Origin: an uncultured Candidatus Saccharibacteria bacterium | GTDB taxonomy: Bacteria > Patescibacteriota > Dojkabacteria > JAOAGR01 | Reading direction: 5' to 3' | DNA length: 64,000 nt | Assembly: GCA_964503755.1 (NCBI GenBank) | Contig: CAZDBO010000002.1 | Location: 261-64,260 of the forward strand | In this document: piece by piece, positions 51,230 through 61,806 of the stretch | How positions within the stretch are numbered: the first letter of the stretch is position 1 | Layout of the letters: each line of letters begins with the position of its first letter | The notes under the pieces: generated by a model | What the model was told of the DNA's origin: nothing | Database searches by the model: none | The model's input: only the letters and a program-made list of their open reading frames with translations | Program-made: the position numbers and the translations under genes

Positions 51230-51487
51230 TCAAAAAATAATATTAATCAAAACAAATATACCAATCACCATCCATATAAAATTTATTCCAGCATTTGCCC
51301 AAGCTTTTTTATAAAAACTATATCCAAGCAAGAGTAGAGAACCAATTATATTTAAACATTGATAAACAACATTATCTGAATATAAATAATTAATAGATAA
51401 TAAAAAATATGCACCTAATATCATTAGAGCACCTAAAATGCCAACAAATTCTACAAAGAAAAATTTATTAAATAAAAACTTAAGCAT
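51230..51487 (-). CDS. small hypothetical membrane protein
   Basis: 85 aa with three hydrophobic helices. Confidence 0.3.
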   Translation of the reverse strand: MLKFLFNKFFFVEFVGILGALMILGAYFLLSINYLYSDNVVYQCLNIIGSLLLLGYSFYKKAWANAGINFIWMVIGIFVLINIIF

Positions 51488-51497
51488 AATTTATATG

Positions 51498-53531
51498 TTA
51501 CACTTTTATATTTGATATGGCTCTTGATGATATTATTTGTTTTTCTTTGTATTCTTCCAGATCATGTTCTAATATCCTTTCAGTCTCATGCTCTAAAATG
51601 AGATTATCAACATCAGCGGCACAAGCTGGATTATTCTTTTCGAATTTCTTGATCGTCTCTGTATTTCTTTCAAGTAAAAATAAATAAAACTCAATTACTC
51701 GATTAACTACTTCAACCGGATAAATATGCATATCTTTAATTCGATTTAATTCTTCTAAAACATATATATCACCCAGTATCCTCGCTTTATGATATGCATA
51801 AATACACATCTGCTTCATCTTTTCGTATCCTTTCAAAAATCCCATTACGAACAAAAACCTATCCCAAAATGATAATTCTAAATTATTAGAACCAATTGAT
51901 GCTAGAAATTCATCTTTTTTGCGGACTTTTTCTACTATATTTTCGCCGTAATCTAATTTATTAATTTGTCTATTTATCGAACCAATAAGAGTATTGTGTA
52001 CAACTTCATTTATTTTCTGATTTTCAAACATTTCGGTATAAACTGCTTTTTCTACATTCAAACAATATCTCTGCAATACTGCATATAACTTCTGTTCTCT
52101 TTCATCATTATCTTGAAATGCTTCAGTTAGCAAATTTTGCATATCATGAGAAATAGATTGTATTCTCTCTTTTATTTTTTTATCAAAGTTTTGAATGTGC
52201 TTATCTTCAACAAGCCCAATTTTTCCAAATTCTTTTATCTTCTCATAAACATCAGAAAGCATCTTTGATTGTGCAAGACAAATCTCTAATTTATTATGTA
52301 TATCTAAAGCGTTGATCTTAAAATATCTAATAAATGACTCTATAGTTAAAGAATTGATAAGCAATGTAAACAAAATAGCAGCAAGAGTTAATTCTAAAAA
52401 CAATGACCTATATTCATAATCAACTGGCAGAGATAGTATCACAATAAGAGGTAATGCTCCTCTAAGCCCTCCCCAATTTGCTATATGAAGCCACGAAAAA
52501 GGTATTTTAGAATTAATTTGAACGAAGATATTATAAATGCCACCCACAATATATACTGAAAGCGATCTAGCAATCAACATAATAATGATGAAAATCCCAA
52601 CAAACTGCCAATCACTGATAAGTTTTATCAAATCAATTTCATAACCAATTAAGGTGAATACTAAAGATATAGTAATAAATGTTACAAGATTCCAAGTGTC
52701 ATGCATGCTTTTTGTTACTTGTGGCGATATTTTTCTGCGTCCATAATTACCTAAAACTAATCCTGTAAGCAAAACAGATATAATCCCCGAGGCACCAAAT
52801 ATATCTTCTGCCACGATAAACGAAAGATGAGCCACAATAAGAGTCAATACTATTTCCACAGCTGCCACATTTTTTATTGGGGCTATAAGCCATGAAAAAA
52901 CATATCCAAAAATAGTTCCAATCATAACACCACCAATTGCAAGTTGTACAAAACTAATAGCACTATCAAATTCTGAAAATGATGCGCTCGTTGCCAAAAT
53001 AACTGAGGACAAAATTTTAAATGCAATTACTGAAGTTGCGTCATTTAAAAAACTTTCGGCGTCAACCAATAACTGTAATTTTTTTGGTACACCAAGATTT
53101 TTAAATATAGTCAAAACAGCAATAGGATCGGTGGATGATATGACAAATCCAAAAAGCAATGCAGCTGTAATATCAATATTGAAAATAAACTGTAACGGCA
53201 ACGCAATAACTATCCCAGACAATAAAAGACCAAATGTAGCAAGGAGAGTCGCCGGTGCAATAATTTTTTTAAACTCAGTAAAGTCAAAGTTAAAAGCAGA
53301 CTCAAAAAGCAAGATAGGTAAATAAATATACATTACTGCACCCGGCGTTAATTTGATGGTATCTAATATCTCTATTTCAAAAAGTGACAATATCAGTCCG
53401 AAAATTAAAAGAAGTACTGTGTATGGTATCTTGTCAAATTTTTTTGAAAATACATACAAGGTGCTTGCAAAAAACAGCACTAAACAAACACCAAGTACAA
53501 CATTTAAAAATAAATGATTTTGTTCTTCCAT
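51498..53531 (-). CDS. Na+/H+ antiporter, CPA1 (NhaP-type) with ~270-aa cytoplasmic C-terminal domain
   Basis: About 12 transmembrane helices, with the VISSTDPIAVLTIFKNLGVP motif matching the CPA1 TDPVAV signature. Confidence 0.8.
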   Translation of the reverse strand: MEEQNHLFLNVVLGVCLVLFFASTLYVFSKKFDKIPYTVLLLIFGLILSLFEIEILDTIKLTPGAVMYIYLPILLFESAFNFDFTEFKKIIAPATLLATFGLLLSGIVIALPLQFIFNIDITAALLFGFVISSTDPIAVLTIFKNLGVPKKLQLLVDAESFLNDATSVIAFKILSSVILATSASFSEFDSAISFVQLAIGGVMIGTIFGYVFSWLIAPIKNVAAVEIVLTLIVAHLSFIVAEDIFGASGIISVLLTGLVLGNYGRRKISPQVTKSMHDTWNLVTFITISLVFTLIGYEIDLIKLISDWQFVGIFIIIMLIARSLSVYIVGGIYNIFVQINSKIPFSWLHIANWGGLRGALPLIVILSLPVDYEYRSLFLELTLAAILFTLLINSLTIESFIRYFKINALDIHNKLEICLAQSKMLSDVYEKIKEFGKIGLVEDKHIQNFDKKIKERIQSISHDMQNLLTEAFQDNDEREQKLYAVLQRYCLNVEKAVYTEMFENQKINEVVHNTLIGSINRQINKLDYGENIVEKVRKKDEFLASIGSNNLELSFWDRFLFVMGFLKGYEKMKQMCIYAYHKARILGDIYVLEELNRIKDMHIYPVEVVNRVIEFYLFLLERNTETIKKFEKNNPACAADVDNLILEHETERILEHDLEEYKEKQIISSRAISNIKV

Positions 53532-53579
53532 AATAAAGCATTGCTATGTTATACCTTATATATCTGCTTGTCAATTACT

Positions 53580-54020
53580 TCAAGCATTTTTTATATTTTT
53601 TTGAGCATTACTTCTTGATTTTTTTGATAGTTTTCCAAATAGTTTAATCTGTTTTATCTTCTTAGAATTTTGATTTAAACTTGTTTTCATTTTATTTTTT
53701 AAAAACCACATAAAAACAGCAAATTTTGATTTTGCCTCAGGGTAATCTTTAACATACGAAAGTGCTCGCATGATAATCATATGATCAATCGAAACAGTAA
53801 TACGATTTAATAAGCCTATATTTTCTTTGGCATCAAGTTCTTTAGCAAGAAAACTAGCTAAAATTTGATTTTTGTTGAGCTTTACTTTTTTTTTATTTTT
53901 TTTGCATTCTAATTTTTCTAATTTGTTATGCAAAAATTTAGAAACAGATGAATCTGGCTTTGTATCAATATCAGATGTCTTTTTTAAGTTGTTCGAAAAT
54001 AGTGATAAGTTCTTCATCAT
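53580..54020 (-). CDS. hypothetical Lys-rich protein
   Basis: 146 aa. It overlaps the parB stop by about 50 nt. Confidence 0.3.
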   Translation of the reverse strand: MMKNLSLFSNNLKKTSDIDTKPDSSVSKFLHNKLEKLECKKNKKKVKLNKNQILASFLAKELDAKENIGLLNRITVSIDHMIIMRALSYVKDYPEAKSKFAVFMWFLKNKMKTSLNQNSKKIKQIKLFGKLSKKSRSNAQKNIKNA

Positions 54021-54870
54021 TTGAAAAATTTATTATTAAAGATCCTCCATCATTTGAACTCTTTTTGAGTTTAACTTTCCAACCAAATATTTTTTCTAAA
54101 TCTTCTTTTATAAAGCTATATTTTTGTTCCCAAAGTATACGACTAGAGGCCCGTAAAGGATTCTTTGACTTTTGGGATTCTAACCTAATTTGGTGTACCA
54201 ACTCTTCAGTTTTTTTTGCACTCAAATTATTGCGTAAAACAATTTTTAGTGCAGCAATCATTGCTTGCTCATCATTTAATGATAAAAGTGCCCTTCCATG
54301 CATCTCCGTAATCTCACCAGTTGTAATAGCATTTTGTATTAATTTAGGTAATTTCGTAAGTCGTATTTTATTTTCTACATAAGAAACAGTCTTATTTACT
54401 TTTTGCGCTATTAGCTCATAAGTATAATTAAACTCAACATTTAACCGCAGAAAGGCATAACCTTCTTCAATAGGATTTAGATCTTTTCGATGAACATTTT
54501 CTACAATTGCAATTTCAGCTAATTGTTCGTTTGTATATTCTCTTATGATTGCAGGTATTGTTTTTAATCCTGCTAATTTAGATGCTGATACCCTTCTTTC
54601 GCCAGCTGCAACAATATATTTTCCTGGTTCTACAAGGTCTCTTATAACTTGAATCGGCTGTAAAACTCCATGTTCTTTTATGCTATCAGCCAGTTCAACT
54701 AGCGAAGAAACTGGTATAGATTGCCTGGGCTGATAAGGATTTGGTTTTATATCATCAAGATCTATCTCTATAAACTCAACTGATCCTCTAGTTTCAGAAT
54801 CAAGCAAAGAATTACCTATCAACGATGATAGGCCACGTCCTAGTCCTGTTTTCTTTTTATCTACGGACAT
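53971..54870 (-). CDS. parB: ParB/Spo0J-family partition protein
   Basis: N-terminal GLGRGLSSLI, the ParB-box region PIQVIRDLVEPGKYIVAAGERRVSASKLAGL, and an HTH. No parA is adjacent. Confidence 0.8.
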   Translation of the reverse strand: MSVDKKKTGLGRGLSSLIGNSLLDSETRGSVEFIEIDLDDIKPNPYQPRQSIPVSSLVELADSIKEHGVLQPIQVIRDLVEPGKYIVAAGERRVSASKLAGLKTIPAIIREYTNEQLAEIAIVENVHRKDLNPIEEGYAFLRLNVEFNYTYELIAQKVNKTVSYVENKIRLTKLPKLIQNAITTGEITEMHGRALLSLNDEQAMIAALKIVLRNNLSAKKTEELVHQIRLESQKSKNPLRASSRILWEQKYSFIKEDLEKIFGWKVKLKKSSNDGGSLIINFSNDEELITIFEQLKKDI

Positions 54871-55060
54871 TCTTTCTCTTATAAAAATAGTATGATATTC
54901 CTATTAATATAGCAACCATATAAAAAAATGCAAATATATATTTATTTTGATCGATAAAGCTTGGTTTATAGTATAAATTAGGATTATAAAAAAAAGCAGA
55001 TACCAACACCGGTAAAAATATAAGGATAAACAATAAATACAAATATTCAATTATTCTCAT
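54857..55060 (-). CDS. small hypothetical membrane protein
   Basis: 67 aa with two hydrophobic helices. Confidence 0.25.
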   Translation of the reverse strand: MRIIEYLYLLFILIFLPVLVSAFFYNPNLYYKPSFIDQNKYIFAFFYMVAILIGISYYFYKRKNVRR

Positions 55061-55064
55061 ATTT

Positions 55065-56210
55065 CTATTGTTTAATTACTATAACAAGATTAGATGAAAC
55101 ATATCCTTCAATATCATCATATTTAATTTTATAAAAATTTCCAACTTTTTCGAAAAATTCTAGATAAGTGTTTTCAGGTATTTCTCGAATAACTTTTGAT
55201 GTGGTGCTTGGTTCTTCATACATAAATGTTTTTATTAATCCTGGTTTTACTTGTAAAATCTTTCGTCCTAAATCTTTTACTATATATCTAAATTTTAACT
55301 CATCCACAACAATATTGTTATATAAAAGATTAATATTTTCTTCGTATTCACCTGGTAACAACGGCGCTTTCACAGAAAAATATATTTTCTGTGTATTTTG
55401 AGAATTAATAAAAAGTTCATCGATCTTTTTTGGTGTACGAGTATTCAGCCAAACGTTATTAATAAAAAGATTTGAATTTTTTTCAAACGAGAGTAACAAA
55501 TTTTCTGAATTTGGTAACAATAAAAAATATTTATCCGTGTTATTTTTGATTTCTATTTCAATCTCAGAAATTTCTCCTTGATTCAGCTCCAATACAAAAT
55601 TATCTTTATAAAAAGTTAAATAATTTTTTCTATCTTCTTTAGAAAAATCCCAATTTTCGATCAGTCCATATCTTCCTTGTTTCTCTACAGTAAACCCAAG
55701 CTGTCCGTTTATCTGAGCAATCTTGAAGGTACACAAATACAAATCTTGAGAATTATCAATAGCAGTATTTTTTAGATAGTTATTTAGAAAGTTTTTGTAA
55801 AAATTATTTATACCCAAATCAAAATTTTGATTTTTATCGTATGAGATTAAAAATACGAATAATTTTCCAATATCATCATTGATATTTACAGGATATATTT
55901 GTGGATCCGGAGACGTGATGTAATAGTTACCAGAATCAAAAATTATGCTAAGAACAGGTGAGTATTCAAACTTTAATTTTTTAAAGAAATATAAAATTTC
56001 TTGAACTATTTTAGTTTCACTTTTTTCCAAATTGGTATTTGTTTTTAAATTAATAAAACATAATTCTTCTACAATCCTAGGCTTTATTTGATCTGTATAA
56101 TTAAATAAATAAGAAGATATAAAGTTCAAATTCAATGCATTTATATACGAACCTAAATTGAGGAGAACTATAAAAAATAAACTTAAAACAACAAAAAATA
56201 TTTTAGACAT
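55065..56210 (-). CDS. secreted protein with C-terminal SH3b-like domain
   Basis: A signal-peptide-like N-terminus, and the C-terminal YKIKYDDIEGYVSSNLV is bacterial SH3-like. Confidence 0.4.
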   Translation of the reverse strand: MSKIFFVVLSLFFIVLLNLGSYINALNLNFISSYLFNYTDQIKPRIVEELCFINLKTNTNLEKSETKIVQEILYFFKKLKFEYSPVLSIIFDSGNYYITSPDPQIYPVNINDDIGKLFVFLISYDKNQNFDLGINNFYKNFLNNYLKNTAIDNSQDLYLCTFKIAQINGQLGFTVEKQGRYGLIENWDFSKEDRKNYLTFYKDNFVLELNQGEISEIEIEIKNNTDKYFLLLPNSENLLLSFEKNSNLFINNVWLNTRTPKKIDELFINSQNTQKIYFSVKAPLLPGEYEENINLLYNNIVVDELKFRYIVKDLGRKILQVKPGLIKTFMYEEPSTTSKVIREIPENTYLEFFEKVGNFYKIKYDDIEGYVSSNLVIVIKQ

Positions 56211-56267
56211 TCGCCTTATATAATATACTAAATTTACAATCTCTGTAATATGTGATATAATTTTTTT

Positions 56268-56882
56268 ATGTATCCAAATAGTACAACAAGTTACGGTTAT
56301 TCATCATATTCATCCACTTCACCTACAAATTATACCAATTCAAAAGATAGTAATTTACAAAGTAATAATACAAACAATTATGGCACATCAACCACAAATA
56401 CTGGCGGGGAAAGCCGCGAAGAAATGATAAAAAGATTGTATCGTACAATCCTAGGACGTGATCCTGATGCTAATGGACTCAATTATTTCCTTACAAATAC
56501 TTATTTGACGGAGAGTCAGATAGCTAAGATGATATATGAATCTACCGAACATGTCGAGATATTAAAAAGAGCAAAAGATGTTAATGCAATGATAATAAAA
56601 CTTGATTCTGCAATAAGAGATCTTACTATTGCCCAGAATAAAGTACAACAACTTGAAGCTTTGCTAGAAAAATACAAAAAATTTTTCAATAACCAATACG
56701 GTAAAGATAATACCACTTATGATCCTTTATCAGATAATTATAGTTATTCAAATGATGACGCTAACTCTCAAGATACAACAGAAAACCAACAGCATGTTTA
56801 TATAACTGATCCTTTTGTCGAAGAAGAAAAACCTCAAAAGGGTATAAGAGGTATATTTCAGAAGCTTTTTGGATTTGATTAA
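56268..56882 (+). CDS. DUF4214-domain protein with N-terminal S/T/N-rich region
   Basis: LYRTILGRDPDANGLNYFL matches the DUF4214 core. Confidence 0.45.
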   Translation: MYPNSTTSYGYSSYSSTSPTNYTNSKDSNLQSNNTNNYGTSTTNTGGESREEMIKRLYRTILGRDPDANGLNYFLTNTYLTESQIAKMIYESTEHVEILKRAKDVNAMIIKLDSAIRDLTIAQNKVQQLEALLEKYKKFFNNQYGKDNTTYDPLSDNYSYSNDDANSQDTTENQQHVYITDPFVEEEKPQKGIRGIFQKLFGFD

Positions 56883-57039
56883 TTATAATTATTTTTATCG
56901 TTAATATAGTATCCAAAATGAAAAAGTTTATTTTAGCGTTGATAATTCTTATAATAAAAAAACAAAAACAATATTCTGTCATGCCTTTAAATTTTCTAGT
57001 GATTCTTGAACTTCTCAGATTTAGAAATTGTTTATACAA

Positions 57040-58725
57040 TCATTTTTTTATAATTTCGATAAGTTGAACCGACGAATTAATATATTCTAAGTTTTGAGTA
57101 AGTCGCATTTTTTTATTCAAAACCAGTCTTATATAACCATAATCTACACCAATTGCTGGCATCTCTTCAAAATATCTAGTCAAAAATTTTTTATAATAAT
57201 CTTTTTGAATATTGAGATCTTCCGAAAATCTGCTTTCTACAATTAATAAATCTGTGGTACTCGTTCCAAAAGCTGCAATATTTAAGCCAGGATAATTGAT
57301 AAAATTAGTATGCCAATGAGTGTATAAATCATCACTTACCTTATAGGGAAAGATAATAGCTTCAAAATTACGATTTCTAATTAGATTATCATAATCTTGC
57401 GATGTTTTTACATCTGGTATGACCTTAATACCTAGTTTTAAACTATTTTTTTCTATTATTTCAAATATAGATTTGTATCTTGGATCATCAAGTAATACCA
57501 ATCGGTAAGAAAGTTCTATAGCATCTTTTTCATATATACCACTATTATTTTTTATAAATTTAAGTTTAGCTAAATCATCTTCTAATGTTTTTAAATCATA
57601 ATCAATTATATTATTTTTATACAATTCATCATAAAATGTAGATTCTTTTGAAATTGGGAGTATTTCTATATTTTCTTTCTGTTCGAATATTTGCTTTGCA
57701 AGTAATGATAAATAACTTCTCCTAATAACGACATTCTCACTAAAAAAACTATCAGAATTTCTTAAATTAAAATAGATTCCAAATAAATTTGACGTCAAAT
57801 AAATATCTTTAGTATATAACTCACTAAATTTCTCGCTATATGAAATATTAATATCTCTAAAAACATCAATATTGGCTAGTCGTAAATCTAATGTTAGTTT
57901 TTCACTATCACGATAGATTTTTATCCAGTATTCATTTGGCAAGTCATTATTATGCCAATATCTCGGATTTTTTCTTAGTCTTATTTCATCATTTGTTTTC
58001 TGTTCAATAAAGTATTTTCCTGCTGTAACGGGAAAAAATCCAAAATCAGAAGTACTAAGCTGTACAAGGTTATTAAATAAATAATTTTCTAATTTATGTG
58101 CTGGCAAAATAGGAAATACAAGTTTTTCAATCAAAAATGGATTAGGCTTGCTAGTATTATTCTCAGCAACTAAATCTATCGTAAATGTGTATTTATCATT
58201 TTCAGTAATCGTGATAGCTCCATTATTTATATTTTCAATAAATGGAGTACGACTTGATAACTGTTTAATAGCACTTATGGTAGAAGCAATATCACGCGAA
58301 GTTATCTCTTTACCATCACTCCATTTCAAATTACTTTTTATTTTGATTTGATAAGTCTGATTTGACAATTTTTGATAACTTTGTGCTATATCTTCCTTCA
58401 AATTTCCGTTTAAATCAAAATAAAATAAAGTAGGAAATAATAAATAATTTAAGTTTTGTCGCATATTCAAAACCTCGTCTGGATAATCATCTGTAAGTAA
58501 AGGATCAACACTAAAAAGAACTTCATTCTCGACAAAAAGAGTCGGTATCAATACCCCTTCTATAACTCTATCTACTTTTGGTAATAGAAAATAATCCCTT
58601 GCAGCAAAAAATAAAACTGTTCCTATCGATAAAATTAACAGATTTATTAAAAAAACATATAAAAAAGAGTAGACAAAATTAAATTTCTTTTTGAATACAG
58701 AAAAACATCTATTTACAAGATCCAT
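57040..58725 (-). CDS. ABC transporter substrate-binding protein, family 5 (peptide/nickel type), membrane-anchored
   Basis: N-terminal transmembrane helix, and FPVTAGKYFIEQKTNDEIRLRKNPRYWHNN resembles the SBP_bac_5 GPY...NPxYW region. Confidence 0.55.
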   Translation of the reverse strand: MDLVNRCFSVFKKKFNFVYSFLYVFLINLLILSIGTVLFFAARDYFLLPKVDRVIEGVLIPTLFVENEVLFSVDPLLTDDYPDEVLNMRQNLNYLLFPTLFYFDLNGNLKEDIAQSYQKLSNQTYQIKIKSNLKWSDGKEITSRDIASTISAIKQLSSRTPFIENINNGAITITENDKYTFTIDLVAENNTSKPNPFLIEKLVFPILPAHKLENYLFNNLVQLSTSDFGFFPVTAGKYFIEQKTNDEIRLRKNPRYWHNNDLPNEYWIKIYRDSEKLTLDLRLANIDVFRDINISYSEKFSELYTKDIYLTSNLFGIYFNLRNSDSFFSENVVIRRSYLSLLAKQIFEQKENIEILPISKESTFYDELYKNNIIDYDLKTLEDDLAKLKFIKNNSGIYEKDAIELSYRLVLLDDPRYKSIFEIIEKNSLKLGIKVIPDVKTSQDYDNLIRNRNFEAIIFPYKVSDDLYTHWHTNFINYPGLNIAAFGTSTTDLLIVESRFSEDLNIQKDYYKKFLTRYFEEMPAIGVDYGYIRLVLNKKMRLTQNLEYINSSVQLIEIIKK

Positions 58726-58746
58726 TCTTTAATTAGATAAATTGTT

Positions 58747-58983
58747 TTATATATAATAATATGCAATGCTCCCAGCAACTAAAAGAATAGCTAATACTAT
58801 AGTAAAATAAAATAAAAATTTCTCAAATCCTCTACGTGCTCTATAATATTCACCTCCTGAGCTGGCCATACCACCACCAAAAATACTACTAATACCAGAT
58901 CCTCTTTGTTGAGCCAGTACTGAAATAACCATCAGAATACTCACTATAATCAAAAAAATTGATAATATATCTTGTCTTGTCAT
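58747..58983 (-). CDS. secG: preprotein translocase subunit SecG
   Basis: 78 aa with two transmembrane helices and VLAQQRGSGISSIFGG. Confidence 0.7.
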   Translation of the reverse strand: MTRQDILSIFLIIVSILMVISVLAQQRGSGISSIFGGGMASSGGEYYRARRGFEKFLFYFTIVLAILLVAGSIAYYYI

Positions 58984-58987
58984 AATG

Positions 58988-60046
58988 TTAAATTTCTATC
59001 CCTAATTTGGCAAAAACATCTTTTTCTACGATCTGATTTATCTTGGTATATTTTAACACGCTAATGGCCGTATTCAAATTGCCATAATAGTTGACTAATT
59101 CTTGGCCATATTTTTTCATATCTTCTATCAAATCTTCATCTGTTAGTGAAATATTGTTCTTTTCAGCATATGTTTGTAGGAAAAGTTCATATTTAACATC
59201 TTTTTCGACATTAGGACGCCACTCAGATCGTAACTGATCTAAACTGATTCCATTCTGTTCAAAATATTTTTCAGGATCTATACCCGCGCTTTTATAACGT
59301 GCAAGGTAATTTTCTATCCTAGATTGCAACTCCAGATTTATTAACCCTTCAACCTTGGTGTAATTTGCCGATTCAACGATTTTTTCTTTTACTTTTTTTA
59401 CAGTTTCTATCTGTGCTAGTTTTTCATAACTTTTTCTGATTTCTTCAGAAATCTTGTTTTTTAGTTCTTCTAAATTATTAACATCTGGATATAATCTTTT
59501 AAATTCTTCATTTTTAAAAAATTCCTCATTAAGCAAACTTTCAGAAAATTCATCCTTTTTTATTTCCTTGTTAGTTTTAGAAACAATGGAATACCAAATA
59601 TTTTTTATTGTATTTAAAATCTCATCTTCTGTGACACTTTGTGGTTCTACTTTTTCAACTTGGAAATTTTCAATAACACCTATTTCAACATAAGGCCTAG
59701 GAATATATTCCATCTTAACCAAAATATTTCCTTCTAAATCCAAATTAACTTCCTTTATAGCTAATTGATTTAATGGTACGGGATCTAGCTGTACATCTTT
59801 TAATGTATTATTAGTGGCATTAGTAATAGCCATCTCAAATATTTCATTTTGCTTATTTGCCAAAACAACATTGTCTGGAGCCTGACCTTTTCTAAAACCT
59901 TTTGCAGCAAAATCTTTTTTAACTACCTTTAATGCTTTTTTAAAATATTTATCAAACTCTGATTTTGGAATAGTAAGAGTTATTTCTTCTAAATAAGTCT
60001 GTTCATTATAAACTTGATCTATTTTATATTTTTGACTTTGTGACAT
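58988..60046 (-). CDS. tig: trigger factor (short form, about 350 aa)
   Basis: The N-terminal ribosome-binding signature GFRKGQAP is present, followed by a C-terminal chaperone-domain-like charged helical region. The start was chosen at MSQSQK; the track ORF extends to 60112. Confidence 0.65.
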   Translation of the reverse strand: MSQSQKYKIDQVYNEQTYLEEITLTIPKSEFDKYFKKALKVVKKDFAAKGFRKGQAPDNVVLANKQNEIFEMAITNATNNTLKDVQLDPVPLNQLAIKEVNLDLEGNILVKMEYIPRPYVEIGVIENFQVEKVEPQSVTEDEILNTIKNIWYSIVSKTNKEIKKDEFSESLLNEEFFKNEEFKRLYPDVNNLEELKNKISEEIRKSYEKLAQIETVKKVKEKIVESANYTKVEGLINLELQSRIENYLARYKSAGIDPEKYFEQNGISLDQLRSEWRPNVEKDVKYELFLQTYAEKNNISLTDEDLIEDMKKYGQELVNYYGNLNTAISVLKYTKINQIVEKDVFAKLGIEI

Positions 60047-60077
60047 GATCTGGATTATACAGTAAACAATATATACA

Positions 60078-60452
60078 TCAAAATGGTAATGAGACGATAT
60101 TAAAATAAACAAGTACTAAAAATACTTCTACCAAAACTAAAACAATAACTATACCAATACCGATATTGATTAACATTGAAATATTATCGTTTGAAGGTGT
60201 CTTTTTAACATCAGTTGGATTATTTTCGTTAATATATCGAGGTTTATCAGGCGTAGTCACTTCTATTGCCAATCTCTCATCTGGAAGAGCTGGCAATCCA
60301 TCATCTATAATATGTCTTTGGGGTATATCACTAGGTGGAGTAAATGTCTGTAAAGACTGTATACTCGGTATACCACTAGTAATTTTTAATTCTGGTGGAA
60401 GTTTTAGATCATTTTTTGGATCCAAATCTATCGTATTATTTTGATTTTGCAT
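60078..60452 (-). CDS. hypothetical membrane-anchored protein
   Basis: 124 aa with a C-terminal transmembrane helix. Confidence 0.3.
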   Translation of the reverse strand: MQNQNNTIDLDPKNDLKLPPELKITSGIPSIQSLQTFTPPSDIPQRHIIDDGLPALPDERLAIEVTTPDKPRYINENNPTDVKKTPSNDNISMLINIGIGIVIVLVLVEVFLVLVYFNIVSLPF

Positions 60453-60510
60453 AATATAATTTATTAATGTTTTACAAATAAGTCAAATGGTGTAAAATTG
60501 TCTTGTAATA

Positions 60511-60587
60511 GGGCCCTTAGTTCAGTTTGGTAGAACGCTTCTATGGCATAGAAGAAGTCAGCGGTTCGAGTCCGCTAGGGTCCACCA
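60511..60587 (+). tRNA. tRNA-Ala (anticodon GGC)
   Basis: GGGCCCTTAGTTCAGTTTGGTAGAACG..., G3:U70 identity pair, anticodon loop ATGGCAT, GTTCGAGTC T-loop, CCA encoded. Confidence 0.85.
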
Positions 60588-60911
60588 AAAGTTGCTAACT
60601 TACTTTTTCAAAGAAATTCAGCATTATTAGGAAAAGATAGAAATATTGATTATTTAAACCGAAAAAATTCACGCTTTTTACAAAGCAAATACGATAATTT
60701 AAATTCACATAACTCAGTTTATGGCTCGTAAAAAATAGCACTATATTATTTTATAACATTTGAAATTTACAGAAAATTAACATTGAAATAACAAATGAAT
60801 AATCGGCAAGCAATAACAGAAATAGATGACTTTATATTTTATTCTAAAAAGAATGAAAAGAGTCAACAACCAAAAGCAAATCAACCAAATAGGCAATATG
60901 ATAAAAACTTC

Positions 60912-61115
60912 TTATTCCTTTACCCTATGTATCCAACAATATACAACTTCATTTCCATCTATCCAATATGTCTCTGTACCTGCATCTAGCTCTATAACCT
61001 CAACTTCATCATGAAATTTTACATTATGCAGATGTAGCTCAAATGTTTGTCCGTCACTGACTTTTATCATCAATTCACCACATGTATGTAGTTTGTCTTT
61101 TACTAAGTTGTACAT
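60912..61115 (-). CDS. small hypothetical protein
   Basis: 67-aa ORF with no motif recognised. Confidence 0.25.
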   Translation of the reverse strand: MYNLVKDKLHTCGELMIKVSDGQTFELHLHNVKFHDEVEVIELDAGTETYWIDGNEVVYCWIHRVKE

Positions 61116-61368
61116 ATCAATAATATCTTATACAAATCGATAGAATATTCAAGCACCTAATCGAAGTAGTTTTGAAATTTGTAAATCGCAGAATGATAGT
61201 ATTTGATTCCTTCTTTTTTTAAATAAAAGTTAAATCATACTATGTCCACCAATCTATACTGAAACACATAAATTATCTCAGTATTACTATATTTTGTCAC
61301 TAAATTTTCTGATTTTGGATAAGTATGCCCATGCAAAAGATATTTTGGTTGACATTTTTGAACATATT

Positions 61369-61806
61369 CTAATAATCCCATAAACCTTGATTTGCCAATG
61401 AATCAGGCTCATCATTTATACCGTAAGGTGGACAATGCACAAACATTACATCAACTCTAGGAAAATTCTTTAACATCTCCGAAACCTCTTCTTGTGTATA
61501 CATTTTTGCATAGCGATTGTGCTTGTACCTAACACTGCCCTCAAAACCTCCAAAAGTAAACCCATTAATTTCAAATACCTTAAGATGCATATTCATAATT
61601 CCAAGATTTTCCAAATAGCCAACAGTACAATGATTACCATATACGCCAAGTTTTGGTATATCATTTATCGATGCCAATTCGGCAATATCATACTCTTCTA
61701 AATCTCCCAATGTACATATCAAATCAACCTTATTTTTAGACAAAATGGATTTGATACTTTCTCTTGGAGGTCGATCAGAGATGGCTAGGACTTTCATTGT
61801 TAACAT
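61369..61806 (-). CDS. metallophosphoesterase (YfcE/MJ0936-like)
   Basis: KVLAISD, LICTLGDLEE, GNHC and VHCPPYG match calcineurin-like phosphoesterase motifs. Confidence 0.6.
   Translation of the reverse strand: MLTMKVLAISDRPPRESIKSILSKNKVDLICTLGDLEEYDIAELASINDIPKLGVYGNHCTVGYLENLGIMNMHLKVFEINGFTFGGFEGSVRYKHNRYAKMYTQEEVSEMLKNFPRVDVMFVHCPPYGINDEPDSLANQGLWDY

Noticed and set aside
53948-54382. ORF 53948..54382 on the plus strand (144 aa).
   Set aside because: It is antisense within parB.
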